A program made the position numbers and the translations under genes. From assembly GCA_904063045.1 (NCBI GenBank), contig CAJFCJ010000008.1, positions 1,364,001 to 1,428,000 of the forward strand: 64,000 nt of DNA, written 5' to 3'. Positions within the stretch are counted from its first letter, which is position 1; each line of letters begins with the position of its first letter. The stretch is from Dimorphilus gyrociliatus. Lineage: Eukaryota > Animalia > Annelida. The notes under the pieces were generated by a model. That model made no database searches. It was not told where the DNA came from and saw only the letters and a list, made by a program, of their open reading frames with translations. Shown here piece after piece: positions 11,565-24,300 of this stretch.

Positions 11565-14500
11565 ATGGCGGAAGAAGCCGTTAATTTTTTTCTTCACTCT
11601 TCCGAGGATGTTTTGAATGATTTCGAACGCGATTTTGAACACTACTCAACACAGTATCAAGAAATTCCTTACGTCGACGATTACGTAATAAAGGAAAAAT
11701 TAAAGGGCATGGAACATCTTGCATCGGTTGTTAAACTCGTCGAACAAGTTTCAAAGTTGGCTTGGAAAAAGAGCGAACTAGAAAAAAAATGCGACTGCCT
11801 GAGAGGTTGTAGAATAAGGAATAATGTACCGTCCTCTCCTTATTCACCGGAAGAAGATCACGATCAGAACTCAATTTGGAATAAGGGTTTACAAAAGATG
11901 CGAGCCAAAAGCACAAAAGTAAAAGCTTCCTTCAATAAAGGTAAAGAAGAAAAAGTCCAAAAACTCCATCAAAGAAGTCAAAGTACAGGGAGCATAGATA
12001 TAGATGATATACTGCAGGTATGTATTTTCACCATTGTTTACCATTCTTACAAACTGTTACTGTATAAATAAAAAGATACCAATCTTAAAACATTTAACCT
12101 CACTAATAGACTTGATGATTAATTGCAAATTTAAAAAATATATTTTAAAATTAAACAGAGGTCGGATAGTGATAGCCGACGAAAGAGACGTGAGGCTAAA
12201 TTCTCAAAAAGAAGACTCTCAAAGTGGGCAAGAAAAGTGCGAGCTGGATTAGCTCCCGAAAGAGCTCTATCACATGTTGTATCCGCAAAAGAGATTGTTA
12301 TTTCGAAATCGTGCTCGAAATCGTTAAAAGCAGAAATCACAAAATCCCGTTCACATTCGGATTTTAACAACTTAGAAAATTCAATGTCATCAGCCGAACC
12401 CTCGCCTACAATTACTGTTTATGGAGAAGAGGGAAGGCTACTCCGGCGAAGATCATCCCCTTCATTGTATGTCGAGGAGAATAGTTCTCCTCTGAGAAGG
12501 AGCGGCAGTTTAAAATCAGCTGTTAGTGCCTTAAAAAGAGTAAAAGGAGCACTTAGAAGAACAGGAAGTTTTAAGGGTGATGAATATATCCGAGATAATG
12601 ATAACAAGAAGAGAACAATAGATCATATAGTTCTCCTCAGCCCTCCAGCCAGACGTTCCACATACAATTCAAATGAACCTGTCAGAAAACAAGCTACAGC
12701 TCGAACTAGGCCAACCCGGACATCTCTGGCAGCATTTCCATCCGATGAAAGAGGCGGAATTCAAAGTATTTCTATAAGTTATGTTTTCATTAATAAAGTC
12801 AGTTTCAATTTATGTATTGTAGATTTTTTAACGGCCGATCTAGCAAAAAGGATCGGGGAATGGGATAACAGAAGAAATTCTGCTCAACACGGTGAAAGTT
12901 AAAATATTTTTGTTAACATCACAATGTTTATTTGTTGAAAAAATATTGTTTTTAAATTTCTAATAGCCGTATTAAAGCACGAAGATTCATTTTCTCAAGA
13001 ATTTATAAAAAAGATGCACGAATGGGAAAAGAAAAAAGCATTAGGTAATCAAATGAAACAACCAAATTTAAAAAATAAATTTTTAGATAATTAATGTATA
13101 TTTACTATCTCTTTTTTTAGTTGAGAAGGAAAAATCTCCAAAAACTTTAGCTCCACCTGTAGATACGATCTCTAATCATAGTAATACTAGCGAAGAAAGA
13201 CAGCCATTAAATCTTGGAGAAGATTTTAGTAAAAAAGTTGCCGAATGGGAAAGAATTAAGGAACAAACTTATTTAAACCCAGCTGCTGAGGTTGTGAAAA
13301 CTTTAGCATTTACAATATTGAAATATTTGTACTATTTCGTATCTTTAGAACGGAAGGTCAAGGTCGAAAGAGAGACAAAAATATCAGAAAATGGTTTCAA
13401 AAGATATGCAAAAAATTGAAAGAGCTCAGTTAAAGATCGAAAAAGAGAAAGCAAAGCTAGAAAGATTAAAGGAAACGATAAGCGTTAATGAAGAGGCTTT
13501 ATGTCACGGTCTAAGCCAAGAATTCGCTAAGAAATATCACAATTGGCAGGTATATACAGAAACTGTTTATATATCAGTTTTATTATAGCATATGTATATT
13601 TTGAATTATTTTATTAAGCAACACTAAAATAATCGTTAAACCAAAGTCGTTTAGCATTACTTGCTTTAAACAATTGGATACTTAAAAGATTGTAGGCCTA
13701 CGTAATCTGCATCTAACATTTTGTTTTTTTTCTGTAAGATAACTAAATAATGTGGGTAAAATGATAAAGGATGCCCAACTGTTAAATGATATAATATCTA
13801 AGTAATATCTCTTACAGAAACAGCTTGTTGAAACTGACAGTAGATCTATATCGCCTATACCAAATAGACGAACAAAATTAGAGCATGCTCAGGAAAGCGT
13901 CGAAGTTGAAGAGATCGCCATGTCAATTGCATCTCCTGACAAAACTTTAATAAGAACTGTAAATTCTCTACCAAAACAAATGACCGTTGCGGATAGTTCA
14001 AAACCGGAGCAATATTTTGCTGGTTCACTATTCGATAATGAAGCTAATAATTTAGCGAATGTTTTGAAAACCGATATTGAAAAGGTTGGAAAGAGGTTGA
14101 TTAGTTTTGATAAGAAGGAAAGTAAAGAAGATTTATATGATTTAGAAAATTCCCTTGAAGAATTAAGTCGTTTATTAGAACGTTTTGATTCAGGTTAATA
14201 AAACAATATTCATTCATTTACACTCTTTATTGTTTATAGATATATTAAACATTTTAAAACAACACATCTGCAACATTTCTTTCAGCACCTAAAGTTAGTC
14301 ATGCAACTACTGCAGATATTTTGAAGATGGCCACAAAAATTGTAAGGTTTTTCTACGCAAGAGGGACCTACTGGGCTAATTTGTATTTATTACTTTTTCT
14401 TTCTTTTTAACAGAATCTGCTGAATATTAAATTAACCAAAAGACACATTATTGCCCTTAAGAATGCTCACTGTCAACTTCGATTATTAAATAAATGTTTG

Positions 14501-15877
14501 TACACACATAATTTAAGTATTATCTAAACCTATTTAATTATTTGCTAACTAAATTTAAGGCGTTGCATTTGGCAATTATATGCGAAGAAGAGAAGGCGCT
14601 TATTTATGGAAAAGGAACAAATCAGATTGTAATTTAAACAAATATGCTGTAAGTTATTAAAATAAAAGCAAATGCATTACTCTCATAATACATTGTATAT
14701 ATATATATTGTGTTTAAAATATAATCTACTTTTTATTTAACATTACATTGCTCTTTACAGTTTATTATCATGTAATTTATTCACACGGTATTCAATTTAG
14801 CTTGGACTTTCAACCCTAGGATTCTGTTAACTAAACATAACATTAATAAGTTTATTTTTTTTTCTATCAGTCTCAAGAAAGAGAAATGTCAATAGTATCA
14901 TCGCTTACACTTCTTACAAGCGAACGTTATGATAATAACTTTTTAGATAAATGTTCAAAACTCATTGAAAAGTCAATTTTATTTACAAATCAACTGTCCA
15001 GAACGATCAACGGTAATTTATAGCTCTTAAATAGTATTTAGACATTTGGTGAATTTCCATGCAAATATTTATTTACACTACAGCCTCCCTGGAAACGAGT
15101 AGAGCCTCAAAACAAACACAAACATCGTCAGAAAACGGCAAGAAAAACATCCTCTCCGCCAGCTTAATAGAAGAAATCGTTCCTCAATTTTCCACAGAAA
15201 GACGAGCTTCTAGGCCAAAGCTCGAAAGGATTCCTGCAATTGAATATCACTCTCCACAATTTGTTCGAAAATCAGCAATATCTTCTAATTTACAAGTTTG
15301 CGAACCAATTAAAGCAGTTGTCAAAGAATGTTTAGAAAAAGCTGAGAGTATCAAGCTACCGTCAACTGTATCAATAGACTCCCAAAGTGTGGAAGGTGCC
15401 GAACGACTTGATATAATGGAAGCTTTAGTTGCAGAGAGAAGTAAACAACTAAGAGATATGATAAAGAAGTTTGATTATAAATCGTTATCTTCTCAAGGAA
15501 CTTCCGAAGAAATACCAAATACTCCTGAAATTGAGAGAAAACCAGCTACCAGATTTAGAGCATTTACCTATGAAGCTGACAAAGAATCATTCCTGAGTTA
15601 TCATAACGAACCCATTTGTAAATCTTTACCTTCTTCTCCTAATAAAACCGATACAAGATCATCTACAAAAATTTTTAAATTTCCAGCATTGAAGACAGTA
15701 AAATGGAAATTATTTAAAAAAAATATACCTGAAGAAAAGATGTATGTAAGCGCCCTCTGTCGAAATGCAATTACTGTAAATGTATCAGAAACGTGTAGCC
15801 CAAAAGAGAGCCCTATACTCAATAAAAAAAAGATGAATAAGAACTGGTTTCAAAATCGTTTCTTTCAGAAGAACTGA
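11565..15877 (+). CDS. Uncharacterised ~1038-aa protein (coiled coils, Ser/Arg-rich disordered regions, 4 Trp-motif repeats). Exons 11565-12017, 12159-12765, 12823-12891, 12967-13044, 13121-13290, 13349-13549, 13818-14193, 14286-14341, 14414-14495, 14560-14648, 14871-15012, 15084-15877
   Basis: Twelve exons join with GT-AG introns and matching phases into one 3117-nt open frame that links the supplied ORFs at 11478, 12237, 13391, 13920 and 15059. Boundaries around 13291 and 14496 are less certain. No family recognised. Confidence 0.8.
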
Positions 15878-18307
15878 CTGAAATCATATCTTAACTTCTT
15901 TTTGTACAAAAATAAGTTCAAGATATATATATATATAATAGCAATGTAATGAATACATCTGAGCAAATATATTTATATATAAATACTATTTTCTAGATAT
16001 ACAGTATATAATATATTTATATGTATGTTGTGATGTATAAACATTTATATAATTAATGTATTTTTTGAAAGGACAAAAGTTGCAATGTTTGTCAATTTAA
16101 CTTGTGCACAACTTGAAAATATTGTAAATTTAGATAAATGTGTAAAATGGAAGTTTTAAGAAAATGAATATTTCCTTTAAAGAAAGAAACTGACACTGAA
16201 AAAAAGTTTCGTGACTGGTGCCAAAATTACATGTATATTATGAATTTTTATTGACAGGAATAAAAACAGACGCAACTTGGCTAAATGGAACGAATAAAGA
16301 CTTTTCCTGTAGAAGCATTAGTCTACTTAATGATTTTTTAAGAGGTGGCTAAGTAACTAGCTTGCGGTCTTTTTTATAGGTTTACTCTGTTTTCGACAAG
16401 ATTTTATATTATGTTTTTTAAAACAAATAGCACATAAATTGATAAAAATCTTTAAAAAAATTTTGCCTTTCTTCTTATTAATTTTCATCTTTAAATTCTC
16501 TTATTATCTTTCATTTTTATTTCTTTGTTTCTTTCTTTTCTTCTTACCGGCCTTGATCGAGGAACATTTCTCTCTCAACTCATTAAATTAACCTTAATCT
16601 GTCAATTTTTCTTTTCTGTTTCGCATGAATATCAAATATTTCAAGTTGTATATTAGTAGCATTAATCACATACAAGAATTAATAATTAACTATAATTCAT
16701 ATCGAATATCGATTACGTAAGTAGTATATTACAAAAGAATGATTTTTTAAAATAAAAAGTACATTTTCCTTTAACAAAATATTATTAAAAGTAAACTCTC
16801 GGGTTGTGTCATTTATTCCTGTTTAATGAATTTTATATAAACTAATTCATATGATATAATGACAAATTAGGAATTCGTTATAGGCAAAACCCAAGAAGTC
16901 ATATTTTTACAAGTTAAAAGTAATATTACACTTCTTTACTAGATTTTAGAACTAAATTATAGCCATGTTGTCTAATATTAGTGAACTTTACGAAACTAGG
17001 ACAAGTAAATGGGCTTGTCAGGTAATTATACGCAGTAGAAGGATAACATGAGCAACAGTTTCAAACTAATGAACAAGTGTACCAGATTTCTTAGCCTTTG
17101 GGTTAAAGAAAATTTGGAGTTTTTAAAGATTTAGATCCGACTGTCAAATCTAATTCTTTTAATGCTCATGTTAAATTTTTATTATAAATACAATTGCTAT
17201 AAACTTTGTTAGTTGTTAATTTATATTTTAATAATATTTTTTCGAACAAATAATTTTTCACTTAAAGAGAATAAAACTGATTTTGCTGACTAAAAGGTGA
17301 CAAGAAAGTTTTTCTTTAACCTTTCTACCAGTTTTCATCGCAACACTTAAAGAAAAAATGTAAGAGAATATCGTTTTTTTTATGTTGCTGAACAATATAA
17401 GCAAATGAGTATATTATATACAGTCTTCGTAAAACGATAAGTTACTATGATTAATCTTATTTGTATACCTAAACAATTAGATGCTATTTTCGTATTTTTT
17501 GAAACTGAAAATAGACATATAGTAAACATTGATTTTTTCTATGGAAAGAAAACATTTCAACCAGAGACTATTTTTCTAGCCTTCTTTCTCTTTATATACA
17601 CATAAGGATTCGTTATTCTTAGGCCATGTTTATCTAAAACGAGCTACCGTTTTATACTGTAACCTTTTCATGTCTACTTACACTTATTGATCAATTTATA
17701 ATGATACATATTATATGTTAATTCTTAAATATTAAAATCCCTTGAAATAAAATCTCTTTTTATTTACTTTATCCCGTGTTAATAATTAACTCTTTCTATA
17801 CTCTTTATATAGGTTTATCTGTAAAGACAATTTATTGATAATAAACATTGTGAAAACTCAAGTGGCAAAGGAAGCAGAAAGAATATTACATATTTTGTAA
17901 CTGCTCTTTGGAAAGTGAAAAAGTTGACAAAGCTACTTGTAACTTGGTAAATATGGAGAACAAAAGAGCGCACTTTTTCCACTTCCTTATAATATTAATA
18001 AACTTCGCCACAGGGTAGTATAAATGTTGATCGAGAAATTTTTCCTCTTTTTCTCTTTATCAAATTGTTGCTCTTTGTATTGAATATTGATTGATTGCTC
18101 GGATTGTCCATTGTGAAAGACGTTTAAACTCACTTGCAAAGTGTTAAGAGAAAGAAAAATATACGCTCAGCAACTTTACGAAGCGCCAGTAATGATAACC
18201 TATAGCGCCAGATAGTATGCTGCATACGTTGGCAGTGCAGTAGGCAGCATTCTGCTAAGGCGAAAAAAATATTTTTTACGGTTCGCTATTTCGATATGTA
18301 AAAACGA

Positions 18308-21300
18308 ATGGAGAGCGCATTGCTGCCATTACTCTTTCTTTCCTCTTTGACAATCGGTAGTACTCAGAATGAAGGTAAGAACTATTGCTAATCGTATTAT
18401 ATCAATATATAATTACTGTATTATCTAAAAATGTGGACTGTAAAAATTTAGTCTAATTATAAAAATATATTCGTATGTGATCGTCATAGAACATTTTATA
18501 AGCTTCAAAATCTATGCTAAGGCATATATTATCAACTTTCAAACACAATTATAGGTACTAATTAATAATATTGGAAAGATACGGACAAAACTGAAAACAT
18601 ATAATGCATTTATATATAAACTGAAATAGATTTAAGTATGGCATATATACAGTTTATTATTAAGATATATATATATATATATATCTGAATATTCTACTAT
18701 GTTAATTATAGACAATTCTTTCATTTTATTAGACAATGAGATAAAATGAATAAAACAGATAGAATTCTAGTTATAGTATAATTAATAAAAGTTTTTATAA
18801 AATGTCGGTGAACTAGGTACTCTCTAGGTAACATCTGTTGGAAAATTGTAATTTATTCTCAACTGCTTTCTGCTGTTTATTATGGCGTATTTCTAATTTT
18901 ATTATTTTTATTTTTAGATATTTGAAATAAGAGTAATTAGGACACAAAAATTCTCTTCTATTTAAAAGAATTCACTGTTAAAAAAACCAACCTCCCTTAT
19001 TTGCCTCCCACCCTCTTTACTCATCCGATTTTAACTCAAGCATTTAAGATTAATTCTTTTGATTCTTTCCCAGTTTCCAGTAAATTTTTTATCATTTCCT
19101 TTTATTCTTCAAAACCTTTTATAGTGAAAATATTCATAGGATACTTAGAATTAATTGTTGATATCGATAACAGATAGTTGATAACAGTTAAGATTATTTA
19201 TTAGTTGTCTCTCTAAGAATTATTAAGATAGGTGATTTGATTTGCTTTCTTTATCCCTTTGCTTCTATCGATGTTATAAAAATATTACAAGAATATCAAA
19301 TCAGGCCTAGATACTGGCCAGATTATTATTTTTTCAAACTGGATATATACGAAAAATCACAAATAGACCATCAAAAATTTTTCCTATATTGTTTGAACAG
19401 AGTGGCATAGTTGATGCTGATTTCCTGCGTTGCTGCTAAAATATACACACCTTTAGGCACACAATCCAAGATTTAGGTCTTATCTTACGGAAATGAGATG
19501 CTATTTGAAGACGATTGAGACGTTCGGTATTATAGTAACATTCCCCTTTAGGAATTAGTAGTGAGAATCTATTAACTTTTTCATTTCCTTCTCTCTCTAA
19601 ATAAATCTACTTAGTTTTAACCAGAAATCTACACCAACAGACGGCTGGCGCCAATTATTCTTAGCATAAACATTAAACAATCGATGTAAGCCTAACTCTT
19701 TTAACCTTATCTAGGGTTAAAGCAATAAAGCGTTAATAAATTAGCTGATTCGTTATTAACCTAGTAATAATATTATACACAAACTTATGAAGTCTGAAAA
19801 AAGGGCGAGAAGCTTCTTTTTAAATATTCTCTTTTTAATGGCCTCTCCATTATATTATTGAGGGAAAACGTATCATTTTAGTGAACATGATAGATTATAG
19901 GAAAAATTAATGTTCCGTCCAAAAGTATGATATCAAAGAGTATTTAATATCTTAACATACTGGAAAAATTTCATATACTGAGTCGTAAATTTCCCTAATA
20001 TCGTATAAAATTTAAAGTTGACCTTACGAAATCCTTAATGTTTATTTATCTGTAAAGAAAAAGTGAAAATTAATGAATTTAGTAAAATGCTGAAAATTTG
20101 TTGAAAAAATCAGAATAAAAAGTATAAGACTCACAACTTTTCGATTCTATTTGATTGAACCAAATCTGAGAGTATAAAATACATATATGTTTGATTTCTT
20201 TATTCTTTTCTTATTTTACAGTTCATTCATTATAAATGTTAACTGAATGCTATAAAAAATATGCACAATACTATAAATTTTATCTTATATGTCCTCTTTT
20301 TGCACATATACTGCATATTTTTTCTTTAATTTTAGTGTCCTTGTATGGAGATAGTTCTATTAATCTACCACTGCAAAGTAGTAGTGAAAATAGCAAATTA
20401 CACATGTCGTTCAGAACAAGAAGAAGAAACTGTGTTTTATTCATAGCGGCAGGTAAAAAGGATTACTTGATCCTATCACTAAAAAATGGTCGACTTAATA
20501 TACAAATTGAGATGGGAGGAGGAGAGACAACATTCACTAGCAATCCGCAAGTCAAATTAAATGATCTTCAATGGCAAGATATAACTCTCAGTAGATCCAA
20601 AACGGATGTTCATTTGACTATTTCCAAAGTACAAACGGCAAATTTTGTTACCAAAGGCGAATTCTTTAAACTGGATATAGACAAGGGTGTATTTCTGGGT
20701 AATACAATTCATCATATGCCATCCATTACTAGTGGAGCTTATCGAGGATGTTTTAGGAATATAGTATTTAACGATGTTGAAATTTTAAAGGAATCTAACA
20801 GATCATCCCATTCACTTATTGGCGTAAGTTGGGAATGCTCTCCAGAATTACTGGCGAATAGTCGGACACCTATTAGCTTCATGCAAAATGCATCATTCTT
20901 AGCTTTGCCCTATAATGCAAACAGAAAGACTCTAAAATTGAACTTTGTTCTAAAAACAAGATCGGGGGAAGCTATTTTATTTTATATGGCTGAGAAATCT
21001 CAATACAAACTTGGAGATTTAGCAGTTTTAGAATTGAAGTGAGTGATTTAGAAATAATATTTATTAAATTCAATCAATGTGCTAAAAGTAGACAGGAAAA
21101 GAAAAAGTATCGTTAAAACTCTCGTACTAGTCTTTTTAAAATTACATAAGCAATATTATAAGTTATATATAGCTAATAAAAGAAGACTATTCTCTACTGG
21201 TTTTTTTAATGAAAAGGTTACTCGGTATTAATTACGTCTTCTCTCGACTCTTCTTTTATCAATAAAATTTATTTACGTTACTCTAAATAAGGAATAGTAG

Positions 21301-24300
21301 AAAAGATTATCAGAGGACTTGTTTGCTGTCTTTCTCAAGCTTCGTCCGATTGAAAGAAAAAGCTAAGCTAGCTTTCTTCATATACCAAATTTATCAATAT
21401 CTCATTTTCACTTTATAAAAGGGAGACATGGTTGATAAAATACAAATAATTATTCACAATTTTTCACATTGCTATGTATGCCTTCCTTATTCAGTTGACA
21501 AGTCACGTTGATTTTAGCAGACAGCTGTGTAACTAGCATATTTAAAAGATACTTTGATTAGTTTGCCATGACAAACTTCACGATAAAAAAGTGATGATTT
21601 ATTAGGGTAAACAAAGCTAAGAGTTTGCGAGAAACCGTTTTAGTCCAACATTGTACTTCTACATTTTTCTAATTCACTCATTAGCAATGGAAAATTAAAC
21701 CTAACTGTAAATAAGGGGCATGGAACAATATATGTATTATCCGAGGAGAAAATAAATGATGGAAGGGCTCATAATATCATGATTGCTGTAATGGCTGACT
21801 CAGTCGAATTGAATGTAGATGGGAAAGAGATGAAACGTCGTGCTAAGTTTATGTACAATAAATTCCTAGATATAGATGAAAAGGTTCTATACATCGGAGG
21901 GTTATCGTTATCAGCCCGATCAGATGCTATCAGAATAAATCTGTTATCAATAAGGGAACCCAATTCTCAATATGGCTCGATGACAGGATGCATCAGCAAC
22001 CTATACATAAATGGCTTGAGAATGGGTTTTGCGGAGGCGGTAACATCTAGATTTCTAAGGCCAGAGTGTATTTGGACTTACGCATGCGCTGATAAACCCT
22101 GCAGTTTGGGAAAAGTTTGTAAGGAAATATCATACTACGATTACATGTGCGTTTGTGAGAATGATAGGCCTTGTGACTCTGAAAATAACAAACCTACATT
22201 TCTTCCTAAGCAATTGATACAAACGCAAACAGTTAATGTAAGAGAGGGAGAGAGAACTGTACTTACTCCAAACCACATTTCACTTTCTTTTGACCCAAAA
22301 ATGCTTGGTTTAAATTTGGAAAATATTATTTATAGAATTATCACGGCAGCCAGATACGGTAGAATAAACGTTGATATCCAACCTGGAATTTTATCTCTTA
22401 AGAATGACTATGCTTTCACTGCTGAGGAGTTGAAAGATTCAAAAGTCACTTACATACATAATGGGTCAGAAAATAGAGCGGACAGTATAGATTTTTCGGC
22501 AGAATTTAAAACTCATTCACCCATGAACCTTCCTCTCCGCTTGAAAAAGCCGTATTACTTCACTCTTAACGTTCATATTACCCCGGGAAATGATCCACCA
22601 AAAATTATCATTACTTCATCTATTAAAATGATAAGATTCACAAAGATTATTTTGACAAAAGATTTAATGAGGGCAGCTGATAATGATAACCCACCGTCGT
22701 CACTTATTTGGAGGGTTAAGAATAAGACGCCATACAGTGGTTTCTTTGAATTAAACGAAAGGAGTACAGATACATTTACTCAGGCCGATATTAATGCCGG
22801 TAGAGTAACTTATTCACACCGAGGTGAGAAAAAAGTATATATCAGTGTTCAAGTGTCAGATGGTCAGCAATCTACTACATCAACTTTGAAGATAGAAGCT
22901 CTGCCACTAAAATTAACATCCGAAAATAATACCGGCTTATATTGCTACTCTGGTGATATTTTGGCAATAACATCTCAAAATCTCTCGTTTACGACAAATG
23001 TGGTCGGTCAGCATTTTGATATTGAATACGTAATTTTCGACGCACCACTTTATGGACACGTCGAGAAGAGAGAAGACGATACTTGGAGAGCTACTTCCCA
23101 CTTTAAGCAAAGCGATATAGATAATGGATTAATACGGTATAAGCACGATATAAAATATCCTGCTCCTAAGAAGGACTCTTTTAAATACTACACGAAGCTG
23201 TTGAAAGTGGAAAGCACTGAGTATAACTTCTTTATTCATATTGAGTCTATTGTTTTAAAGCTTAAAACGAAATCTCTCGATCTACGTGCTGTTGGTTCAA
23301 TAGTATTAACAAACAAACATATAAAAGCTGTCAGTAGCGTTTTACAACATAAGCCTAGTGATTTAAAATTTTCGTTAATCAAGCCACCGAAAAGAGGCTT
23401 TTTAACGCTAGACAACGCTAAATTAGATCAGAATTCCTCATGGACACAGCAGGACCTTAACGATGGAGCCGTTGAATATCGTCTAAACAACGCTTTATTT
23501 AAGGAGCAAAAAGATGAATTCGAGATAAAAGCCTTCGTAGATAGAAATTCCAGCTCTGTACACAAGCTGAAAATTGCCTATAGGCCTATTGAGAAAGGTG
23601 TTAAGTATGTAAACACTGGATTAAGAAATGTAAATGAAGGTGGAAGAGGGAATATAACAATAAAAGAATTAAGTTTAATGACTATCGATACAAAAAAATT
23701 TGTCTATTCCCTTGTCGAACCTCCAATGCATGGAAGGCTATACCTAGTTGGAAGCGAGGATTACTACTCTAAATCTTTTACGACGGATGATCTAATAAAG
23801 AAGAAGCTTTATTATGAACACGACGATAGTGAAAATGAGATCGACGAATTTAAATTTAGAGCCACTCCTCTTCAATCTGAGAAAGAACCTAGACGAACCA
23901 AAATTAGTAACTTCACTGATACATTTATCATTAGAATGAAAATGAAAAACGACGAGAAGCCTCTCAGAACAAAATCAAAAATTCTTCATGTAGTTCAAAA
24001 TTCTAGTAGAATATTAACACCTGAAATACTCACTTATGAAGATGCAGATCTGCACACAGATAATACTCAACTGCAATACTCTATCAATAAGAATGATTCA
24101 GCAATTGGTTATCTGATCAGATCATTCGACAAAACTAAAGTATACGCCTTTACGCAAGATGATGTTAATAAAGGACGAATAGCATTTGTACACACTGGAA
24201 GTTTTTCGACTGGTAGATTGGTTTACACAGTGACAGATGGCCAATCTTATACGAAGGGCGCTATTGACATAGAAGCCTCAAAAGCTTTAATCAAAATAGA

